64,000 bases of DNA. It comes from a virus. Taxonomy: Duplodnaviria > Caudoviricetes. The stretch is from IMG/VR virus record IMGVR_UViG_3300037297_000386; one strand, written 5' to 3'. The notes below the pieces were generated by a model. That model ran no database searches. It saw only the letters and a program-made list of their open reading frames with translations, and had not been told where the DNA came from. The position numbers and the translations under genes are program-made. This document shows positions 32,086 through 42,300 of this stretch, piece after piece; positions within the stretch are counted from its first letter, which is position 1, and each line of letters begins with the position of its first letter.

Positions 32086-35000
32086 CTAAAATATTTCTCC
32101 CACAGTTGCTGCTATCGAAGTTGAATCTCCGTCTATTTCATTAATTGCTCCTGCTATACTATAACTTGAGGTTACTATTCTTACATTGTCGAATCTTATT
32201 GTTGGTTCCGGATCAGATCCTGGTCCACCATCAACATAATTAGAGTTAACTATCCTAACACGCGGAACTACATCGAACATAATATTTTCTGGGAGCCCAA
32301 GCTCAGATACTGGAATAGATACAACATATCGTTCTGTTTGAGATTTGGATGGAAGAACTCCAGTATAAATAGTCTTGACCGTAGCATACGCTTCTGAAAC
32401 AGTCAAATTTTCCATTCCTCTTTCAGTTGCTATCCCAACGTCGATATACACAGTGTCGCTGACACCAAATGGACCATTGATACCAGTCTTGATTCCTGTA
32501 TAAATTAATTCAATAAATACATTTAAATGGGTCAGACCAATGGCCCTAAAAATTGTAGTTTGCATGGTATCTGGATCACTAAATTCAAACCTTCTAGTAG
32601 TAATTATGGCACTACCGGCCCCAAACCCTCTAGCTGATAATGGTGTCTCATATTGACCTGGTATATAAGAAAATCCATTGTTAGATCCCATCTCAATACT
32701 AGCTAAATAACCATCAATACCACCAGATGCTTCAGTTACGGTAAATCCCCATGAACTGCCTTGCACTGTATTACGAATCTGTGTTACTTTTTGTTCTAAA
32801 TTAGCTTTCAAATCTACAATCTTTTTGTCCAACTTGTTAATCATTAAACGACGGTCTATAAAATATCCATCTATTGATGACCCATTTGCTTCGAATTGTC
32901 CTATTATAGCGACACCCCTATCGTCACCATACCCATCTCCGGATGTAAGTTCTTCAAATGTAAATCCAGAATCATACTCAGTCTTTATTATATAATTACC
33001 GTGATGGTCAAGTAGCAACAATTTTTGTGATGCACTAAGATCGTCTACTTCTACATCCTTCGTACTAACCTCTACAATTCTACCGTCTACTAAAGCCCGG
33101 CCGCCACGAATTTTAAGATAATTATCACCATGCGAAATATACTCAAATCCACGTATAATACCATTATTTCTTAATTCTTTCGTAATGTCTTCTATTGGAA
33201 CTGGATTAAGAGTATCTTCTGATATGTTATTAATACTAGTTCCAAGAGGACGATGATCTATAGCATATTTTAAGGTTTCAATGCTCCAATTCCCAGAATA
33301 ATGAACCGATGCTATATGTAATTTATCATCGGTACCCCCAAAAGCAAACACACTCATTGTCTCACGTGAGCTAGATGGAATACCAGTAACTTCAAATAAG
33401 GCACTATTAATATTATCTGGTGCATATGCTTTAAGTTCGCCTAGAAAACCAGATGGTATATTGGACGCAGTTCCACGATCGCCATTCTCATACAAATAAA
33501 TTTTAGTGGCATCACTTATCTGCCATTCCACTTCCGATGTCGGGAAATCTTTACTGATAACCTTAATGTCTACTCCAGATATTGGATGGTATTGTACTCT
33601 AAGAGACTTAGTAATTATGCCATATCCGTCGCCATCTGGTTCTATAAAAATATCAAAAATTTCACCATTAGCGCTATTTTCGAAATTAACAGCATCTGCC
33701 GGTATTTCAATATCAAATTCTCCCAAAGCAATGTCCGAACTTAGTACAATCGATTCATCGTTTGGAAATCCAAGAATGTAATGCGTACCATTATAATCTG
33801 AACTCGTACTGTGATTTGTAATATTGCATAAAAGGCGGCCCTCATTTCCTATAATAATTCCTAATTCGGATAAATCACCTAATCCAAGAGATAAAGTATT
33901 TAATGGTTTAGTGTTATGTACATAATGACGTTTTACAAGCGACTTTATATCAAATATTTTTTGCCCACCTATATAGGCTCCATTAACATCTTTAGTCCAT
34001 TCAAATACGGTACCAGTAACAGATCCAAACCCAAGAGCTGTCGCTGCAGAAAATTGCACAGAATCTAATACCTGGATCGTAAACTCCTTTCCTGGCATAG
34101 TATGTGCAATAGTAAGATGTCCACCAGTATTATAGGCCGAAATCGGATAATGCTCTTCGCACCCCTGCGCTTTTGTATTAATTGCATTAACGACTTCATT
34201 TAAATCATCAGTCGGTATAATAGCTTGTAGATTGACATCCAAATAAGATCTACCAATTCCGCCAGCCTGAATCCTTAAGTATTGAGCAGACCCAATGCTT
34301 AGCGCATGTAAATCTAAATTCTTACTGGTTACTCTGGCAACATTTGGCCGCATTACCTGAAAAATATTAGTTGCTTTACTTGTTTCAGTTTGAAATATAG
34401 TGCCAGCTAAAGTGGTTTCTTTTAAATTTCCTTGATCACCTTGCTCTCCTCTGTCATTTAATATAACACCCGTAGTATGTCCCTTATCTTGATGGTCTTC
34501 GGTAACAGTGGATCCCAAATTATCTAATTCTATCAGAGCGCTTTGTACATCATTAGCAGAAAAATTTATAAATTCATTATTAGTAGAGATACCATAAGCT
34601 TTATGAGCGCCAATAGAAGATTGTTCATGTGATGTAAATGCGTTATTCAATACATTTATAATTGTTTCAACATCTTCACTACTTCTTATTGGCTGTGTTA
34701 AGTCTATATGATAACCGTCGTGTTTATATCCAGTTCCGCCGAAATGTTTAGTGAATTGATTAATCAATATATTAAAAGTCGTTCTTAATGTGTTTATATC
34801 AACAATATTAGAAGAAATTTTCCCATTCAAAGTTGCAGTCGGATAATCTAAATCCAATTTTACTTCCTCAATGGCCGCACCTGCTGATATATGAGCGTTT
34901 GTTATTGGAAGAGTTACCAATCCACGTTCTTGTAAAGCAGATAATTTAATACGACCATTCGCATCAATAGACTCATTAATTCTAGTTACTAAATCTTCCA

Positions 35001-35157
35001 TATTACCTTGCGGATTTACACCTATCGTATCCTCTATTGAAAATATAGCGTCACGCAAAGAATTAATTGATTCGGCACCTATTTCGGTAATATTGTTTTC
35101 TACTCTTGGGATTTCAACATCCGAGTCAATTGTACCAGGATAACTGCTTCTACCCAT
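32086..35157 (-). CDS. Tail fibre/baseplate appendage protein, paralog of 26971-32040 (1023 aa)
   Basis: Shares the N-terminal ~110 aa, the HDGY motif, the H[FY]PI.A...L.IAH module and ELR.NGI.RGF...RGG.A.V.G with the neighbour. Confidence 0.7.
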   Translation of the reverse strand: MGRSSYPGTIDSDVEIPRVENNITEIGAESINSLRDAIFSIEDTIGVNPQGNMEDLVTRINESIDANGRIKLSALQERGLVTLPITNAHISAGAAIEEVKLDLDYPTATLNGKISSNIVDINTLRTTFNILINQFTKHFGGTGYKHDGYHIDLTQPIRSSEDVETIINVLNNAFTSHEQSSIGAHKAYGISTNNEFINFSANDVQSALIELDNLGSTVTEDHQDKGHTTGVILNDRGEQGDQGNLKETTLAGTIFQTETSKATNIFQVMRPNVARVTSKNLDLHALSIGSAQYLRIQAGGIGRSYLDVNLQAIIPTDDLNEVVNAINTKAQGCEEHYPISAYNTGGHLTIAHTMPGKEFTIQVLDSVQFSAATALGFGSVTGTVFEWTKDVNGAYIGGQKIFDIKSLVKRHYVHNTKPLNTLSLGLGDLSELGIIIGNEGRLLCNITNHSTSSDYNGTHYILGFPNDESIVLSSDIALGEFDIEIPADAVNFENSANGEIFDIFIEPDGDGYGIITKSLRVQYHPISGVDIKVISKDFPTSEVEWQISDATKIYLYENGDRGTASNIPSGFLGELKAYAPDNINSALFEVTGIPSSSRETMSVFAFGGTDDKLHIASVHYSGNWSIETLKYAIDHRPLGTSINNISEDTLNPVPIEDITKELRNNGIIRGFEYISHGDNYLKIRGGRALVDGRIVEVSTKDVEVDDLSASQKLLLLDHHGNYIIKTEYDSGFTFEELTSGDGYGDDRGVAIIGQFEANGSSIDGYFIDRRLMINKLDKKIVDLKANLEQKVTQIRNTVQGSSWGFTVTEASGGIDGYLASIEMGSNNGFSYIPGQYETPLSARGFGAGSAIITTRRFEFSDPDTMQTTIFRAIGLTHLNVFIELIYTGIKTGINGPFGVSDTVYIDVGIATERGMENLTVSEAYATVKTIYTGVLPSKSQTERYVVSIPVSELGLPENIMFDVVPRVRIVNSNYVDGGPGSDPEPTIRFDNVRIVTSSYSIAGAINEIDGDSTSIAATVGEIF

Positions 35158-35166
35158 CTACTTGTT

Positions 35167-35198
35167 CCGATCCTTTTTTGTTAATTTTTACTAATAAC
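35167..35198 (-). repeat. 32-bp copy of the putative IS607-like right end, 29/32 identical to 36240-36271
   Basis: Minus strand GTTATTAGTAAAAATTAACAAAAAAGGATCGG versus GTTGTTGGTGAAAATTAACAAAAAAGGATCGG. Confidence 0.8.
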
Positions 35199-35234
35199 AG
35201 TTGCACAAAATCGTATTTTTAATAAAAATATATG

Positions 35235-36233
35235 CTATTGGTGCAAATAAAATACCAAACCAGTATTAAATAAGTATTGATTAAAAGCTTTAGTAAAAGG
35301 CGTTCCAACAGATAATATTGCTCCTATATTTAAGTCTAGGTCAAATACTTTTGGATTAAAAGAAATACCAACATGCTGTGCTAAATTATCAACATCATTA
35401 AAACTTAATGATGTGTAAGTATGTACGCCTAGCCATTTCCATTCAAAAAATTGTAATCCGAGTCCGAAATTGGTATTACAGTTTGGTAATATATTAATTG
35501 CCCCTATTGCGGTTACACGTAGTTTAAATAGGTCCTTCCAACTAGATTCTGGATTTATAGTTGGACTGTTGTAATATTGAAATTCAGAATCTACTATTTT
35601 AGCTTTAGCATTAGGAATGGGTTTGTATTCACCTTCTTTATTCTTAAACATTTCCCTCAATATTAATCGACGTGTTTGTAAAAAACCTTCTTCTTGTTGC
35701 CAAATTTCACCATATATTTTAAATATTTGTTCACTTCTAAAGATTTCATTATTTTTTTGAAATATATTTGGATCCTCTAATCGGAATCGCTTAAGCGTGT
35801 CTTCCCAGTTATAACTTATAATGCAATTTCCCAAATCATCTAAACTATCACATTGTACAATATTTACCTCGGTTGTCCCACCATCTATTTTTTGTCTTAA
35901 TCTTGCTATAGTTATATCACGACTTTTGATCTGAAGGTCGTGCTTTTTCTTAAATTCTTCAAAATTTTTATCTACTTCTTGTTTATCCCTTTTAAGCTGT
36001 TCAATAAGATCGTGTTGTGTTACCAGTTTAGATCGCGATATTCCAAGTCCTATATTTAATTCTTGCAATTCTCTTTCATTATCAGTTAGCTTTCCTTGTA
36101 ATTGTCTATTATAGGTTTGTAATCTTTCATTTTCTTTCATTTGACAGCTTCTCATAAAAAATCCGCCGGAAACTAACAAACTTATTAAAACCCAAAGAAA
36201 ATATTTATTTCCCAATATTATTAAAGCTTTCAT
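35235..36233 (-). CDS. Membrane-anchored coiled-coil protein with C-terminal amphipathic beta-strands (spanin-like candidate)
   Basis: N-terminal TM helix (FLWVLISLLVSGGFF) followed by RSC, then a ~100-aa coiled coil and alternating beta-strands ending NTGLVFYLHQ. Confidence 0.55.
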   Translation of the reverse strand: MKALIILGNKYFLWVLISLLVSGGFFMRSCQMKENERLQTYNRQLQGKLTDNERELQELNIGLGISRSKLVTQHDLIEQLKRDKQEVDKNFEEFKKKHDLQIKSRDITIARLRQKIDGGTTEVNIVQCDSLDDLGNCIISYNWEDTLKRFRLEDPNIFQKNNEIFRSEQIFKIYGEIWQQEEGFLQTRRLILREMFKNKEGEYKPIPNAKAKIVDSEFQYYNSPTINPESSWKDLFKLRVTAIGAINILPNCNTNFGLGLQFFEWKWLGVHTYTSLSFNDVDNLAQHVGISFNPKVFDLDLNIGAILSVGTPFTKAFNQYLFNTGLVFYLHQ

Positions 36234-36239
36234 AATCTA

Positions 36240-36346
36240 CCGATCCTTTTTTGTTAATTTTCACCAACAACGCTACTGTTTAAGCAAGGTGAATCTCTCA
36301 ATGCCCTAAGTAAAATTCCTAGAGCTCCGTTTATATCTCGATCCAT
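36240..36346 (-). pseudogene. tnpB: 3'-terminal relic of a tnpB gene (IS607-associated type) plus putative transposon right end
   Basis: Mini-ORF 36346-36254 reads MDRDINGALGILLRALRDSPCLNSSVVGEN, matching the TnpB RuvC-III motif DRDxNGAxxI. It is followed by ...AAAAAAGGATCGG, and its last 32 bp recur at 35167-35198. Confidence 0.7.
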
Positions 36347-36366
36347 TTTCTTACCTCTCATATATA

Positions 36367-39300
36367 TTAAGTCGCTGCAGATGTCATGTTTGAACCAAAT
36401 GTTGTTCCTGTATTTGCGCTGGAACTATTACCCCATCCTATAGCATGGTTCGTGAAATTAATACCACTATAAGAACTAAACCAATTCAGTGCTATCATTG
36501 GATCGGATGTACCATTTAATGCCGGACAATCGTAATCACCTGCTGCAGATAATGATAAAGTTAAAGCTCCAGTCATAGAATTGGCTATTATCATGCAGCT
36601 ATCCATTTCTGTACCTGGACCAGTATAAATAGTAATATACCCCGGTCCAGAGTTACCAGTGATAGCAATTCTAGTATGTTCATTAGCAACCCCACTAGAT
36701 CCGAGAGCTAGCCCGGTTTGAAACACATTACCAGAAAAAGTGCTATGTATAAAATTGTCCGCGGTACCATCTCCTGTTTTTGCAAAATGTATAAGACCTT
36801 TACAATTATTTCCTTGAAATGCAACACGAGTAATACATGCCGTATCAGTTCCAGTATCTGTGACTGTTAATGAACTATTGAAAGAGTTACCATTGCAAGC
36901 AACATCGATCCATTTGCCTGATGTAAAAGTGCTATTGAAAATATTGTTTCCAATACTTGATTCAGTAATCGTATTACTACCAGCTGAAGCGGTACTATTA
37001 AATGTGTTTCCAGAACAAGAAACATCGGTCCAAGAGCTTGAATTAAAAGCCGCATTAAACACATTGGATGTTACACTTACAACATTCAAGTCATCCACGC
37101 TCAGTGTTGATGCTATCTGATTTCCAGTAACTATACATCGAACAAGATCACCATCAATTGTCACAGTATCGTCAAATTGATTACAAGAAATTGTACAATC
37201 CTGCAATGAAGTTGAAGTAGCATCAAAATTTACAACACTAGAAAATATATTATCTGTAATAACACAATCATTCAATACCCCAGTAAAATCTATATTATCT
37301 ACATAATTGCTTGAAAAGGTTGTACTAACGAGTGATGATAAAAAGTCTAATGCATCAGTTGATCCGCTAAAATTATTACCAGTTATGTTGGAGTTATAAA
37401 CAGCGCCCGTTATATCAACAGTATCTTCGAATTTATTATTATTTATAACTGAATAATAAATTTCCTCTAAAGAAGTATTATTACCGTTACCATATATCAT
37501 ATTATCAGATATTAATGAATCATATATACGATCAGCAATTTGAATGGCCCCATAGATATTATTCGAAGATATGGTCGATCTAACTATGGAATTATCACTT
37601 GAATATGTAAATGATAAAGTCTGATATAATTGATTGTCAGAAAACACACTATCTGTAAATGTCCCAGATAAAGTTATTGATATATACCCACTAATTCCAG
37701 ACATTATATTATTTTCTATAATACTTTTACTTACATTCCCTGAAATTGTTACATTATCTGAGAATACATTTCCGTTTAATACACAATTTGTTAAAGAATT
37801 TAACCCAACTGTAGAATCAACAATATTATTTCCCACAGTACTATTTGATAAAGGAGCAGCAGAAGCTGATATTATATTAAATTTATTACCAACAATAGAC
37901 AGCCTTTCTTTAGCACTTGCAGACAATGTGAATGTTCCATTAACATAGTTAGAAATTATATCAGCATAATCACAATCACCATTCATATTAAGATTGTTGC
38001 ATCGATTATTACTAATTACACAACCAGAAGATGCTGTTCCTCCCACAGCACCAGAAAATACCAAATCGGACGAATCATCTACAATATTATTATTAATAAC
38101 ACAAGAATCTAATGAATTTGAAAATGTTACAGTAGATGCTGAATGATTAGAGCTAAATGATGAATCTGATAATGTACCACTTATAGTGGATACTCCAACA
38201 ATATTATTATTATCAATTAGTGCATCGGTGATCGCTCCATCAATTGTAAATGTAGAATTAATAGTATTATTAATTATATTAGAACTAGACACATATCCAT
38301 CTTCAATACTATCATCGATCTCAAATGTTCCATTTACGATATTAGAGACACAAGTAGAATTTTGTGATAATCCACTTAATGTCAGATTTCCATCCCCATC
38401 CGATCCAATCATATTACTAGACATAACGGTACCACTTAATGTGCCTATAGTAACATTGTCTTTCATGACATTATTACTTATGGAACATCCGGCTAATGAT
38501 CCACTTATAGATATATCACTACCAAAAGAATTGTCAGAAATAACAGAGTTTTGATACGTTACTATGGTTCTACCACTTGGTCCAAGATTAAAATAACTAC
38601 CGATTCTATTTGAATTAAATATAGTATTATTAAATAAATTTCCACTCGTAGTTGTATTAAGATCTGTACCAATTGATAAATAACCGTCAAATTGATTATT
38701 AGATATAACTGAATCCAATACGTATGTAGAATAACTGGCCGAATCAACTCCAAGACATCCTAATCCGCTAGCAAATATATTATTACAAAAAGTTGAATCT
38801 AATAACAAGTAATGCCCTGACGAATCTTCATTCACATCCATAGTAACAGCACCAATTATAGTATTACCGTCAAAATGTGATTTTTCAAAAATTTTATCTC
38901 CGGATTGAATAACAAATGCGTTAGAGCTAGAATTAGTCAAAGTATTATAACCAAATGTAGAGTTTAAAAATATTGCGTTTGTTCCGGAATTGGTAAAACT
39001 GACCGCTCCATCAATTTCAGTATTTGTTATAGACGAATTATTTAACAATGTTCCGGCCAATGAAGGCATTGTGAACCCTGCATCTAGAACAGAGTTATCA
39101 ATCGAAGAAGATATCATAGATGTAACTTCAACAGAACTAGAAACAAATTTACAATCACTAATTTCTGTGCCTGTAATAGCACCGAATACTATTTTTTGTG
39201 AGGGTTCAGAAAATAGCAAATTACCAGAAAATGTTACATCACTACAATCACCAACTGAAATATCTGCAGTTGTTGAAGTTGATCTAAATATATTATTAGA

Positions 39301-42300
39301 ACAAGCGACATTAGTTAAATCACCTATAATTAGAGCTGCGTATGGTGCGAGATCATACCCATCAGAATCAACCACATTACCTATAATAGATGTATAACTG
39401 GTCGTACTTAGATTAAAAACTCTAGCGTTATTGTTATTTAATGTAGAGTGATTTCCTAAAGTTCCAGATATTATTAGGTCACCACTACAAGAGTTTCCAT
39501 TAATACATGACGAAGATACTGAACCAGATATACTAATTCCCCCGATTCCAGTATTTGTAAAATCACGTAGTATTGTATTATTCGATATACTTGAATTATT
39601 TATTGAACCAGTTATTTGTATAACATGTCCAGTTATAGATGCATTTCCAATTGTATTAGAGTCTATCTTAGTAGAAGTAACAGATCCGGCACCAAATGTG
39701 CCAGCAACCATGAGTCCAGTAATTGTTGACTTTGTTATATCACCCACAGATGTAACATTTCCTCTCACAGTGTTATTTCCAAACACAGAGTTAGACACGG
39801 ACGTTGACACATTCAAATTATTTTCTATTTCATTGTTTGAAAATACAGTATTACTCCACGTTGTTGACGATATACCAGATGATCCTAGGATACTATTGGA
39901 ATCGATTGTACTATTGCTAATTGCCACAATAGTAAGGTCACCTTCTAGGCGATTGTTGCATATTTTTGATTCATCACAAGAATCATGTAATTCGATTTTA
40001 CCAGAAGATGTGTTTTCAGAAATTATAGAGTTATCAATTGTGCCAGCAAAATCAAATCCTGTTGACCCAGCCATATTTGATGTAATACTTGTTTCATCCA
40101 AATCACCATTTAAATCTATCGCTCCTAATACGGCATTATTGGATATCATGGCGTTTGTAATATTACCATTTAATATTAAGTCAGACGAAACATGATTACC
40201 AGATATTTGTATTTTATTTCCAGTAGCAGCAGCAATTGCAACATTTCCACCAGTTACCCAGTTGTTTTTAATAGATAGATCATTAAAATTACTATCTGAA
40301 TCTAAAGTACCGCCTATGTTAATAGATCCAGCAACCAGTTTGTTTCCAGATACAGATAAATCTTCGAATGTATAATCATTAGCATCAGTCGTAGATTCCA
40401 TTACAATGATTGACCCAGTTGTATCAAACACATTATTTTCTATAGTACATCCTTGTAAAGTAAATCCACTACTATTTGCTATCATATCATGTAAGGTAAT
40501 ATTACTACTGCCCATCATTACATTATCTTTTATTACAATTATATCTGAACTGCTACCATCAGCCGAATCTCCTGCATATATATCGTAAAACAAATCGATA
40601 TGATTAACTCTATTATTCGATATAGAAATATTGTGCAATTTGTGAGAATACCAATATATTCCTTTCGATCCGACGAATGTGTTTCCAGTTAATTCAATAC
40701 CTTTAGTGTCCGTATCTAAGTATACACGTTCATTAAAAACCATGTCGCCATGCATTATATTGTTAGAGAAAATGCAAGCACTTAAATAGATACCAACATA
40801 GGCGTCATCCCCAAAATTAATTGAGTCAACTATGGTAGTATCAGCATCACCAATCATATTATTTGTAACTTTTAAGTCAGAATATGTAATATTGCCTCCC
40901 GCAGAATTGGCAGATGTGGCAAAATTAATTGACGAAGTTACAGAGTTATTATCAATGATAAGATTTTTGATATTATGTTGCCCAAATCCATGCAATGATC
41001 CAGATATATCTAAATCGTCATGGAATTTGTTATCAGATATATTAACATTATTAATTTCCCAATCTGATGTTGTATCATCAGCTTTAAAAAGTGCTTTACC
41101 GAAACAAATATTACCAACGAAATTAAAATCACTAACTGAATTATATATACCAAAGGAATTAATAATATTATTGTTGAATTGAGAATCCACAATATACCCA
41201 TCTAGGTGGATATCATTAAACACATTGTCTTTAATTATTGATCCAGATAAACCATTAATATATATATTCCTAAATTCTGAATTATTACAAATACGCACAT
41301 TTTCTAAAATTGTGTCTATATCTAATCCTATATCAGCTGTTAGTGCTATATTATTTTCTGTAATATGGATCTCTCGTATATTTTCTAATATACCTCCATC
41401 TGAAATACCGCTTTCAAAATATATTGCATATCCATCAACAGCCGATTCTGAAATTTTAAAATTGTTAGAAGTTATATTGATATTATCTATAGACACACTT
41501 GGAGTAACTGAAAGCCCGTCGATGATATAATTTCCTATATAAACTGGTCGATCGAATGATGGTGAATCGAAGATATTACTATATATATCGATATTTTTAT
41601 ATGTTGTGTTAATATGCTTGGGAGCAAATCCAATACCATAAGCATCATGTGTGGCCCACAATTCATTGTTTTTAATTTTTATATTCTGAATTGTTTGAGA
41701 GGCAGAAGTTGTTGTTATTTCTATAGCGGCCCGTTTTTCAGTTGATCCATTAGTTTTTATAGTGAGCCCACTAATTGACGCATCGCTTCCTTGCACTGAA
41801 AATGCGGGCAAACTATTCGGACGAGTTATTTCAGCTCGCTTACTTAAACCAATCACTTTGACATTCGAGGGTATATTAACAGTATCAGTATATACATAAT
41901 CTCCCTCTTTAAGATATACTGTCCCTCCATACGGTGATAATGAATCAACCGCCATCTGCATAACGGTACTTGTTTGACCATAATATGTTCCAAAACTATT
42001 AATACCATCACCAACTGTTACTATATTAACATCATCATTATCTATTAAAGTCGGACCTGTATATTGATAAAAAGTTGCGAACATAGTTAAGCGTCCTTCA
42101 TCTTCTGGACGCTCATATCCATCTATATCTCCGTATACTCCGAATGGATTCATTATACTATTAATGCCATTTAGCGGAGCACCAGTAAATCTTATTATAC
42201 CATTAGCATAATCTACAGTCCACCTTGCATTATTACCAATGCCATATTCAGCTGTTGGATCAGCGGTAATCGGAATAGAACCATACCCATCATAGGCATC

